From NCBI GenBank assembly GCA_018985225.1, contig JADGIF010000282.1, forward strand, positions 1-11,815: a stretch of DNA of 11,815 nt, written 5' to 3'. Positions within the stretch are counted from its first letter, which is position 1. Every line of letters begins with the position of its first letter. This stretch comes from Amoeboradix gromovi X-113. Its lineage: Eukaryota; Fungi; Sanchytriomycota. The position numbers were made by a program, and so were the translations under genes. Of this stretch, positions 1 to 8,148 are shown piece after piece. Under the pieces are notes generated by a model that was given only the letters and a program-made list of their open reading frames with translations, was not told where the DNA came from and did not search any database.

Positions 1-444
1 CACAAAGAAAGGTACTAATCCAATTTACAAGGCATATATGGCAAAGCATTCATTCAGAACGCTCAGGAGAAAACATGTATTTAACCTATGCAGATGCAAC
101 AAACTATTTAATGTCCTCTATAACATTGTGAATCTATAGGACTGTATACGAAAAACACCTTGGTCTTGCAAATAAGTACTCGACAGAGACGGGCACAAGT
201 GTACTCGAGGAAACAATCCACTTGCAAATTTATATCAGAAGTGAAGGTCTTCCATACAAATGAGATGAAACATATATTATGATAGAAACTGCCTAGGACG
301 TTATGATTTGGAAATTCATTGCAAATGATAGACATGAAATTGGTGTTGCGGGCTACTTCTCATATGAAATGTCGCCAAAGCCGAACGCGTTTTCGCGAGA
401 GAATGAAAAGCGATTTGTGGCCTGAGGATGAAAGGGAAATGAAG

Positions 445-725
445 ATTTGGTATGAAATTAAACATGTGTATACATCTTGTTCACTTTTCATTTGAGATGT
501 AGTGTGGAGCATATACAGACCTTTGGGACTGAGTTTCCTTTCATTGGGAACATCCAGTAATAGATAGAGTGAGGTAGTATATATGGTCTTTTGGGCCTCT
601 TTTCATTGATATAGCATGAAGTAACAAATATAGAATCTAGAAGTAAACTCTTTTCATTTGAACGTTGAACAAACACTGCTCTTCTTTCTTGAAATCTTTT
701 CTTGTTTAATAAATTCCCACACTTC
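445..725 (-). repeat. Dispersed repeat (family delta) copy 1; decayed unknown coding sequence
   Basis: The reverse complement aligns closely with 7435-7721. In the frame of ORF 488..748 (LLNKKRFQERxAVFVQRSNE...CYINEKRPKRPYxLPHSIYY) many differences between the copies are synonymous: TTT/TTC, ACT/ACG, AAA/AAG, TAT/TAC, CCT/CCC, CAC/CAT. Confidence 0.85.
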
Positions 726-1035
726 AATGACAGGCATATACAAGTCATAACCTAATACGCGGTCCGAGCTCTCTTCTTTTCTTCAATCCCCAGACCTCGG
801 TGAAATTTACAATGATTCTCAAGAGGAAGAAATTCACAGGGTGGACTCTCTGTCCAAGTGAATCCAATTTGAAGACCGAAGCTTATTATAAAATGACTAA
901 TTCGCAGACACTGCTAACTCATCTAGGGCTCTTGATCGAAAAGAATCGCTACCTTATCTCTTATTTCTGATTCCTCTACAACAAACTAGAATAATACCTG
1001 GACTTTCAACGAGGAGCATAATCACTAATAAAAGG

Positions 1036-1625
1036 ATACGGTTAAAAGAAACAGAGAAGAGGAAAGAGCAAATACGTTTGGGACACCAAATATAATAGAC
1101 TGTACAAATAGTATTCTAGACATCCCATAAGGAAGAAATTCAGTACTCTCTACCTTCTTTGGTATTACAAACTTTTGCTTTCTCTTCATTGTATTACTAG
1201 GTAGAGCAGCTGTTTATACTAATTTAATTTATACAATAGTTCAGTAAATTAAGTAAGACCAAAAAAGTGTAGATGTCAAATTAATTCTTGAGAGTTAAGC
1301 TAATTTAAATGTTCAGTACTAAAAAGTAGTCTAGTTATTATATTTGGTGTCCCAAATATTTAATGAATGAAGCATTGACTAGACAAACGTGTAAAGGCTG
1401 TTCGCCGCTATAGATAACCAATTTGGAGATATATCTATGCATGAAATGTCATTAGGAATTAGATAAAGACCATATTGCAACAAGAAATATACATGAACTC
1501 TGTGTTTCTATTCAATTCCGCCTCAAGGTGGTGGAAGCGTGCACAACCACTGTAGCACGTTGATATTGGGTTTATTCTGTGGAAATTCTTGATGTTGTCG
1601 TAAGAAAAGAGTTGAATGCGGAGTT
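1036..1625 (+). pseudogene. Fanzor2/TnpB-like 3' remnant, family alpha copy A, interrupted by a MITE-like insertion
   Basis: From 1363 it reads MNEALTRQTCKGCSPL*ITNLEIYLCMKCH*ELDKDHIATRNI, colinear with ORF 1920..2192 (Zn ribbon plus RuvC-III), with two TAG stops. The left flank reads KQRRGKS(KY). The conserved 3' segment lies at 1513-1625. Confidence 0.85.
1080..1353. mobile_element. Non-autonomous TIR element (MITE-like copy of family gamma)
   Basis: Perfect 18-bp TIR GGGACACCAAATATAATA at 1080-1097 and 1336-1353 (21 bp if the flanking TTT/AAA is counted). Degenerate target duplication AAATACGTTT / AAATATTT. The minus strand near the left end retains FLPYG, matching FPPYG (~8197-8211) and IPLYG (~11674-11688). 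Confidence 0.85.
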
Positions 1626-1865
1626 ACAGCTCGATTGTTTTCTTGAATAAATCATTTGTCGCGAATTTTTATACATTTTAATATAATTTCATGACTTTCA
1701 GATTCTTCCAATAGATTAAATACTCGATATTCTTCCTTTTCACAAATGGTAAATGGAATTAATGAATTTAATGCCGAATATGTTAAACCTAAAGAAATAA
1801 GTAACAGGAAAACTGGACCAAACATAAAGGAATTAAATCTCTTTCAACGTCAAGAAAGAGATATC
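1512..1865 (-). pseudogene. Decayed unknown ORF convergent with family-alpha Fanzor2
   Basis: Frameshifted minus-strand translation: MFGPV...ICEKEEYRVF...NDLFKKTIEL...IKNFHR...TVVVHASTTLRRN*. The same motifs recur at 4507-4725 (MFGPV, ICE, EEYQVF, NYIK, NDLF) and in copies B, D and E. Confidence 0.55.
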
Positions 1866-1873
1866 TGTACAAT

Positions 1874-2192
1874 TTATTCAAGGTACGCTTGAAGTTCAAG
1901 TGTAAACAGAGGAAAGACGATGGTTGAGTGTAATGAAGCATTTACTAGTCAGACATGTACAAGGTGTGGTACTCTAAAGAAAACTAACTTAGAAACCTAC
2001 ACTTGTGATAATTGTCATTTGGAGATAGATAGAGACCATATGGCAGCAAGGAACATATACATCAAGTATCTGCATCCTTATTTAATCCCGCCACAGGGTA
2101 GTGAAAGCGTGAGGAATCACTGTAACGGAGCATCTAGCATTGCTAGTTTCTTTGTGGAAATTCTCGATTCTCTCGGAAATCAGGACTTTTAA
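1874..2192 (+). pseudogene. Fanzor2/TnpB-like C-terminal fragment, family alpha copy B
   Basis: LFKVRLKFKCKQR (1874-1912), a frameshift, then MVECNEAFTSQTCTRCG...YTCDNCHLEIDRDHMAARNI. This shows the ExxTS motif, a CxxC..CxxC zinc ribbon and the DRDxxAARNI RuvC-III motif typical of TnpB/Fanzor2. The N-terminal part is missing. Confidence 0.92.
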
Positions 2193-2199
2193 TGAGGAG
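2084..2199 (+). ncRNA. Candidate omegaRNA scaffold of family alpha (overlaps ORF 3' end)
   Basis: Conserved in four copies. Stems: TAGTGA/TCACTG (2099-2122), CTAGC/GCTAG (2134-2146), TTTC/GAAA and GATT/AATC. Copy A has TGGTGG/CCACTG, i.e. A-U to G-C and A-U to G-U changes. The position matches known TnpB/Fanzor omegaRNAs, but antisense coding could also explain the conservation. Confidence 0.5.
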
Positions 2200-2277
2200 C
2201 TATCGCTTTAAACTAAACAAGACATTTAACAATAAAATAGCGTTTATTCATCTGATATAATACTTCTTCTGAACCCA

Positions 2278-2833
2278 GAAATTGGTGTAGGAATGAATAA
2301 TCGGATCATATCAATAAAGACATGGATAATATTAAGTCTCGTGGAAAGTACACTTCTCGTGGTAAGCAAAGAAAGATTAATAATAGAAAGAGGAAGAAGG
2401 CCTGGATCTATAAGCGCATAAAAGATTTAATCACAACCTTACATTATGAAGTTATCAAATCTTTAGGCAAGTTTCCAGTGATTCTGTTACCTGAATTTGA
2501 TACACAAGATATGATGAAGAAATTGAATCGTAATCAATAGAGAGAACTGCAATCTCTTGGACATTATACTTTCAAACAAAGATTAATGCATAAATGTAAA
2601 TTATATGGACAAAGTTTATTTATAATTGATGAAGCTTATTCCACAGTGACTTGCTTCAAATGCAATCATATAAACAACAAGATTCAAGGAAGATGGTTCA
2701 AATGTAATGCGTGTGGTCACGAAGATCATAGAGATATTAATCCAGGTATTGTTTTATTAATTTAGGGAAAAATATGCTTAAATGGCACTTACCCAAGTTG
2801 TCTACACTGAAGGAGTGTGGGATCTCGAAGTAA
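2278..2833 (+). pseudogene. Fanzor2-like nuclease remnant, family beta (bridge helix, RuvC-II, Zn ribbon, RuvC-III)
   Basis: EIGVGMNNRI, frameshift, then ...KRIKDLITTLHYEVIKSLGKFPVILLPEFDTQDMMKKLNRNQ*RELQSLGHYTFKQRLMHKCKLYGQSLFIIDEAYSTVTCFKCNH...FKCNACGHEDHRDINP[20-nt insert]GKNMLKW...SK*. ILLPxF(E/D)T and HYxFKQRL are Fanzor2 hallmarks. One in-frame TAG at 2538-2540; RuvC-I is absent. Confidence 0.93.
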
Positions 2834-2890
2834 TTTGAGAGCTTTACATTTAACGTAGGCGTTATTATGTTATTAAATGATGCGTTATGG
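2795..2890 (+). ncRNA. Candidate omegaRNA scaffold of family beta
   Basis: Consecutive hairpins spanning the stop codon: TCTACACT/AGTGTGGG (2801-2821), TCTCGAA-GTAA-TTTGAGA (2823-2840, GNRA loop) and GCGTTATT/AATGATGC (2859-2883). Confidence 0.55.
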
Positions 2891-3472
2891 CGATTTAATG
2901 TTTCTAATGTGCAGCCATTTGTGAATGAAAAATTGGATACTAGCACTACCAATGATTTGGTCAAAGATTAGTTTGTTCTTATGAAATACACACAAACTAT
3001 GAATGCATTTGATTGTTATGTGCATATTCCATAACTCTGTAAAAAGCTATCAAAGATACGTTGATATACAACTTTTTGAGTAAATTTAATGCTTAGATAA
3101 ATCACGATCATAATAATACCCAAAGTGGCACAAGTGCTTGGGATTACAATAAACAATTTATTATAATCTTCTCATCATGAGTGAATTGACGTAGTTTGTC
3201 TTTAAACAATCCATGGTTGTGAATGTAAAACAAGAAGATCATTTTTGGATGACAATATAGCATCTTTTTATGTTTGAGAAGATAGAAACCGTCATTTATT
3301 ATAATTCCCCAGCATCTTTATTCAGTCACCAAATTTACAACTTCGAAGATCAAATTCAAGAACAATGGGCACAAGATCTAAAAACTATATAACGCAACTG
3401 ATTTATGGACTGACTAAGACTCCATTTCCACAATGCAAACTTATGTTTTTAATTTTTCCTCTTTTTCAAACA

Positions 3473-4288
3473 ATGATTAAAATTGCGCTACTTCAAGTTA
3501 AGATCGCTGCTATCAAATCCAGCAACATCAAGAAAGTCAGATCCATGATATCTGAAGCGGTTATAAATAATGCCAAAATAGTTGTACTGCCTGAATGCTT
3601 CAATTGTCCTTATGGCATCAATTACTTTAAAGAGTACAGTGAGCCAGAGCGTGGGGACACTTGGTCATTTTTGCAGCAGCAATCGTTTGAGCACAGTATA
3701 TTACTTATAGGTGGCAGTATCCCAGAAATAGATATAAACAATAAGATATACAACACTTGCTTTGTATTCGAGAATGGCGAGTATTTAGGTAAACATCGTA
3801 AAGTGCATTTATTTGATATTGATATCCCTAATAAAATAAAATTTACGGAGTCTCAAGTGTTGTCAAGTGGCAAACAAGTCACGACACTAAAAACCAGTTT
3901 TGGACTCGTGGGTATCGGGATTTGCTATGACATCAGGTTTCCGGAAATGCAAATGATAAGTGCTCGGAGAGGCGCATTCTTGTTATGCTATCCAGGCGCA
4001 TTTAATCAAGTTACTGGTCCACTCCACTGGGATTTGTTGATGAGAAGTAGAGCTATGGATAACCAGGTGTTTGTTGCTGCATGTGCACCTGCTTTGGATA
4101 CAAATGCTGATTATCATTCTTATGGACATTCGTTGATCGTGGATCCCATGGGTAAGATACTACAACAAGCAAAAGAAAAAGAAGAAATTATCTACGCTGA
4201 ATTGAATTTAGATGAAATTGAATCCACTAGGTCTGGTATTCCCACCTCAAAACAGAGAAGATTTGATGTATATCCGAGGGTAGATTAG
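3473..4288 (+). CDS. NIT2: Omega-amidase, carbon-nitrogen hydrolase family (NIT2 / yeast Nit3 type)
   Basis: Glu-Lys-Cys triad motifs VLPECFN, HRKVHLFDIDIP and GICYDIRFPE; also YPGAFN, TGPLHW, RSRAMDNQV, YGHS and QRRFDVY. Homology starts at MIKIALLQ (ATG 3473), so the upstream ATG at 3365 is probably not used. No introns are needed. Confidence 0.95.
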   Translation: MIKIALLQVKIAAIKSSNIKKVRSMISEAVINNAKIVVLPECFNCPYGINYFKEYSEPERGDTWSFLQQQSFEHSILLIGGSIPEIDINNKIYNTCFVFENGEYLGKHRKVHLFDIDIPNKIKFTESQVLSSGKQVTTLKTSFGLVGIGICYDIRFPEMQMISARRGAFLLCYPGAFNQVTGPLHWDLLMRSRAMDNQVFVAACAPALDTNADYHSYGHSLIVDPMGKILQQAKEKEEIIYAELNLDEIESTRSGIPTSKQRRFDVYPRVD

Positions 4289-4506
4289 TTAGTAAATTGT
4301 TCAATAATCATAAAAAATACTCTGCATTATTGGCCACATGCTGGTCTATTTATTCCTCTATTTTACATGACTACCTCTTTATATCAATGCTATTCAGTCT
4401 TGCAATTTCTGATAGCAGGACAGGAACTCTGAACTCGTTAGTTACATCAGCTGAAAGCCAATCTGAATGCAGCTTAAAGACGTGGCTGTGTAGACTAAAG
4501 CTATTG

Positions 4507-4725
4507 AATTTTGTAGAATAAATCATTTATCGAATCTGTATGTATTTTTATATAATTGCATGACTCTTCTAGATCTTTCAAATGCCTTGAATACTTGATA
4601 CTCTTCATTCGCAAATATAAATCAAATCTAAAGAATAACTAATAGTTGTAGTACACATCCATCAATGTTGAGGAACTGGCCCAAACATGGAAAAATTAGA
4701 TGTCTTCAATCCCTTGAAAGAGATT
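4507..4725 (-). repeat. Second copy of the 1640-1865 segment (convergent ORF remnant of family alpha)
   Basis: Shares the blocks GAATAAATCATTT, ATATAATT.CATGACT, AATACT.GATA.TCTTC, AACTGG.CCAAACAT and GAAAGAGAT with 1645-1862. Confidence 0.8.
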
Positions 4726-4795
4726 AACGATAAATGAACTTAAAAACTATTTATTTAACAATTCGTATGTGATTGTTCTTACCACATGTGCAACA

Positions 4796-4990
4796 ATAGA
4801 GACAGCAAGGAATATATACATCAAGTATACACCCTTATGCAATCCCGCCTCAGGGTAGTGAAAGCGTGAGCAATCACTGTAACGGATTTATTAACATTGC
4901 TAGTTTCTCTGTGGAGATTCTTTATTTTCTCGGAAATCATGAGGAGTTTTAGCATTATTTCCTTGAAACTTTTATATTTCAGATTCTCTA
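4796..4990 (+). mobile_element. Family alpha copy D: Fanzor2 extreme 3' end plus conserved downstream segment
   Basis: AGCAAGGAATATATACATCAAGTAT (ARNIYIKY), followed by a close match to 2084-2199 (AATCCCGCC.CAGGGTAGTGAAAGCGTGAG.AATCACTGTAACGGA...CTCGGAAATCA...TGAGGAG). The downstream ATTATTTCCTTGAA...TTTCAGATTCT matches copy A's downstream sequence. Confidence 0.9.
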
Positions 4991-5130
4991 CTCAAGCTTC
5001 CCTAGAGATAAATGTACCATGTGCAATTTATTGAAGCACACATAGAAATTGCAACGATGTATGGTATAATCCGGCTGCTTCAAATTTTCATTTGCAATCG
5101 AATATTCCTAATTTAATATTTAAAAATTTC

Positions 5131-5177
5131 ATGTGCAAACATTTTCTGTTTGCACATTATACATCATTTTTATAAAA
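5131..5177 (+). promoter_or_regulatory. 11-bp perfect inverted repeat followed by a TATA-like box
   Basis: ATGTGCAAACA-ttttc-TGTTTGCACAT (5131-5157) and TATAAAA (5171-5177), about 25 bp upstream of ATG 5200. Confidence 0.45.
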
Positions 5178-5199
5178 GGGTAGATCCCCAATCTTATTT

Positions 5200-6228
5200 A
5201 TGTTACTGTTAAGTTTGTGGATAGCTCAAGTTCAGGCTGCAGATACTGTATTTGTTACGGATACTTATTTAAAATGGTCGAAAAAGGATGCCAAAGGATA
5301 TGTCCAGTTGTCCACTTCTGCTGGTCGTATTATTGGAATTACCTCTGATGGCTCTATTTATTGTGGAGCTATGGGCGATGATCCGTTCTCGAATAAGCAA
5401 TACCATTGGAAAATGCGTCCTGTAATTGGGCCAGGCACATTGAAGGATGGGTTTGGGGCTACTTCTATTTCAATAGATGCACTCATGGCATGCATCACTA
5501 CATTCAGTGGTAGTCTCTATTGCACAAAAATGATTGGACGTACGAGACCAACATGGGTTCTTATGTCAACGCCAACGTCCGCGCCCACGTTTAATAGTGT
5601 TTCAATTGGTGGTGGACTCATGTGTGGTATAGCATCCGAAAGTCTGGAAGTTTTTTGCTCACGATTTATGAGAGGCGACCTATGGACCTCCATGGGAGGC
5701 AATCTCAGTAAAATGTCAGTCAACAACGATGGAGCAAGACTCTGTGGTATTAACGCAGATCGAAATATATTCTGTGCTCAGATTTCTATGGTAGACGACA
5801 CCATCACAAATGTATCAGGATATGTGCAAATCAATGGCCAATTGGACTCTATTAGTTTTCATGGCGATACACTCTGTGGAATTCAATATAATGTGAATTC
5901 CATGTATTGCGTCACGGAATCCTTGGTTACCGCGAACTCATTGTATGAGTGGACTCAATTCAACTTCAACTTTTACACTTTTTCTAGCTTGAGTATTAGC
6001 GACACGTATTCATACGGGATAGACAAAGATGGATATATTTATAAAACAGATTCAAGAAGTATTACCGGAATTTTGACTAACTACAACACGATGAAAGCCG
6101 CCCTAATAGCGGCACAAGAGGCACTAGCGGCACAAGGCGAAGACCAAGGCGAAGTCCAAGTCGAAGGTGGAGGCGAAAGTGTGAGTTTAGTATGTGCTTT
6201 TTCTCTGATTGGTTGCCTCTTTGAGTAA
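5200..6228 (+). CDS. Secreted tectonin-like six-repeat beta-propeller protein (putative lectin), possibly GPI-anchored
   Basis: Signal-peptide-like MLLLSLWIAQVQA. Six repeats of the form (L/I)S-x4-6-(C)GI-x3-5-(I/V)(Y/F)C, e.g. WTSMGGNLSKMSV..LCGINADRNIFC and VQINGQLDSISF..LCGI, resembling tectonin repeats. Low-complexity linker and a hydrophobic C-terminus. Confidence 0.75.
   Translation: MLLLSLWIAQVQAADTVFVTDTYLKWSKKDAKGYVQLSTSAGRIIGITSDGSIYCGAMGDDPFSNKQYHWKMRPVIGPGTLKDGFGATSISIDALMACITTFSGSLYCTKMIGRTRPTWVLMSTPTSAPTFNSVSIGGGLMCGIASESLEVFCSRFMRGDLWTSMGGNLSKMSVNNDGARLCGINADRNIFCAQISMVDDTITNVSGYVQINGQLDSISFHGDTLCGIQYNVNSMYCVTESLVTANSLYEWTQFNFNFYTFSSLSISDTYSYGIDKDGYIYKTDSRSITGILTNYNTMKAALIAAQEALAAQGEDQGEVQVEGGGESVSLVCAFSLIGCLFE
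6103..6180 (+). repeat. In-frame coding tandem repeats (2 x 18 bp, 4 x 12 bp)
   Basis: TAGCGGCACAAG occurs twice at 18-bp spacing, overlapping the start of CAAGGCGAAGAC / CAAGGCGAAGTC / CAAGTCGAAGGT / GGAGGCGAAAGT (6133-6180). Confidence 0.8.
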
Positions 6229-7035
6229 ATTATTATGAACTAATCAAGCTGTTAAATTAACTGAACAGACTTACCATAATGCAAAACCAGGCATGGTACT
6301 CTCTCTAGAACCACCCTTTGATATCAACAATTTAGTCAAACAGTTTTCCTGCAGTCCGCAAGAAAGATAATGATATCGAACTAGTTTTACACAAACTAGT
6401 CGTCCTTAGCTTTATGAAGATCTTCTGTAGTACTGGCATTATTCTTTAAAATGGTAATTGCACTGCATCTCTTGTGGAAATAAAAAAATATCAACTACTA
6501 TTTAATTAGCAAGATAATTAAGTGATATAAATGGTAACGACGATGTTTACATAAAAATGCATAGCGACTAAATCTTTGAATGCTTTCAAAACCTTTAACT
6601 CAGATCCTTGCAGAAATCATGCTTAAAGGTCACGCAATCAATGCTGGTTGAATATCATAGTTTCTTTGATTGATACACTGCAAAGGTAATGTTTTGGAGT
6701 ATATAAGCAATTTTATGGTTGCTAAACAATCCTTGTCTATATATAAGCACTTGCAATTTCATTTGTAAACTTCAGTATGTGTTGAAGAACTATCTAGCAG
6801 AGTAACAGCACAATTTTGGTTTTTCTTAGTACAAGGGGGACTAAGACTATCCTAAGAGTTCAAAAACCTAGATTTAGCGATAGTGCAGAGCGGTTCAATG
6901 AACAAATTCCCATATCATGTCCATGCGTCCTGCGTGCTCCAGTTCAAATCTTTTTTTGCAATTTCATGAATGTCTTGGCAAGGATGCACGTAGCATGTGG
7001 AGATTGTCTAAAAAAGCTAATTCGGAATCGGGGAT

Positions 7036-7434
7036 TTATTTATTTATGGAATTCCTAATTAAGGCAATTAAACTCTTGCCTTGCAGATATATCATGCTTT
7101 CTTGATAAGTCTCTGGCACTATAAACCTGATACGGGTCTCCTCTGTGGACTTGAAAGTAAAATGGAAAACATTGGAGGTCTCAAACTTGCTGTTGCTCAT
7201 CACATCTGCTATAAAAATCACCTGGAACGCATCCTTCCATTTTTTTGGCACATTCTATCGCTCGCTTGGCGGGGTGCTGTACACAGCGATTGACTTCAAC
7301 CGCAGAATGGATCCCAGGGGGACTGGCAGCCGAAAGAGCACGTCATCCGTGGCTATGAAATCGATGGACTTTGACTTTGTGTAGAACATCGAGATGCAGA
7401 TAGCCGTATCATAGGCAGTCCTTACCAGATAGCC
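7036..7434 (-). pseudogene. Acyl-CoA thioesterase (ACOT9-type, hotdog fold) C-terminal fragment
   Basis: One frame: GYLVRTAYDTA...FIATDDVLFRLPVPLGSILRLKSIAVYS..ER*NV...FQVIFIADV...SNVFHFTF...IVPETYQESMIYLQGK. It matches the ACOT9 motifs GYLMR.AY, DD(I/V).F..PV.(I/L)GS.L, N.FHFTF and P.TY.E.M.YL.G. Internal TAG at 7255-7257; the 5' part is cut off by the repeat at 7435. Confidence 0.85.
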
Positions 7435-7721
7435 GAAGTGTAGGAATTATTAAACAAGAAAAGATTCCAAGAAAGAACAGCAGTGTTTGTTCAACGTTCA
7501 AATGAAATGACTTTACTTCCAGAATTCTATATTTGTTACGTCATGCTATATCAATGAAAAGAGGCCCAAGAGACCATACACACTACCCCATTCTATCTAT
7601 TACTTGATGTTCCCAATGAAAGGAAACTCAGTCCTAAAGGTCTATATACTTTCTATTTGTTATATGCTATCTGAATGAAAAGTGGACAAGATGTATACAC
7701 ATGTTTTATTTCACACCAAAT
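7435..7721 (+). repeat. Dispersed repeat (family delta) copy 2
   Basis: Inverted homolog of 445-725, with frameshifts relative to it. Confidence 0.85.
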
Positions 7722-8148
7722 TCCGCTTGAGTATAAGGAAACGCATCACAGAAAACACGCCTTTCTTCCATTTATACCACATATCACTTGATATCACTAT
7801 ACGATTTTCTATTGTGACTATTTTCAAGGACGATAGGAATGTATCGATATTGTCCGGTGGGTTGGATTTGGAGGCAAATATTTCAATAAGCTTGAATACG
7901 GCTTTATTATTAGTTGTGAAAGGGTACTCAATAGGGTACAGTAGCCATGGTCGGCGTATGTTTTAAAGTCTTTATCGGCTTGGGTGTAATAAGTGTATCC
8001 TCAAAATAAATAAATTTATTATAATATACTCATCTTTATCACGTAAGGTGTTTTTACATGATGGGATGCAGAATAACAAAGTATACTTGTAGCTAAAAAT
8101 ATATCTGATCCATAAAGACAATGGAAACCTAAAATGGACAAAGAATTT

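Noticed and set aside
176-215. VLDRDGHKC on the + strand, resembling an HNH nuclease start
   Set aside because: No second Cys or HNH motifs follow, and the stretch is bounded by stops.
2538-2540. In-frame TAG here and at 7255-7257 and in copy A, suggesting stop-codon reassignment
   Set aside because: The two long intact genes contain no internal TAA/TAG, and NIT2 ends at TAG where homologs end. The affected sequences are also truncated or frameshifted, so decay explains the stops.
3365-3472. 36-aa N-terminal extension of NIT2
   Set aside because: No family similarity, and the DNA is T-rich and UTR-like. ATG 3473 matches the usual start. A targeting peptide cannot be fully excluded.
6745-6759. 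15-bp exact match AAGCACTTGCAATTT with 10068-10082
   Set aside because: About one match of this length is expected by chance in an AT-rich 12-kb window, and it is not adjacent to any predicted guide position.
6816-7384. Plus-strand ORFs 6816, 6917, 7081 and 7145
   Set aside because: No recognisable motifs; the latter two are antisense shadows of the ACOT9-like fragment.
7712-7963. Open frames on both strands (ORF 7682..7966 and a minus frame PWLLYPIEYP...DMWYKWKKG)
   Set aside because: No clear start, family motif or second copy. It may be a gene relic but cannot be supported.
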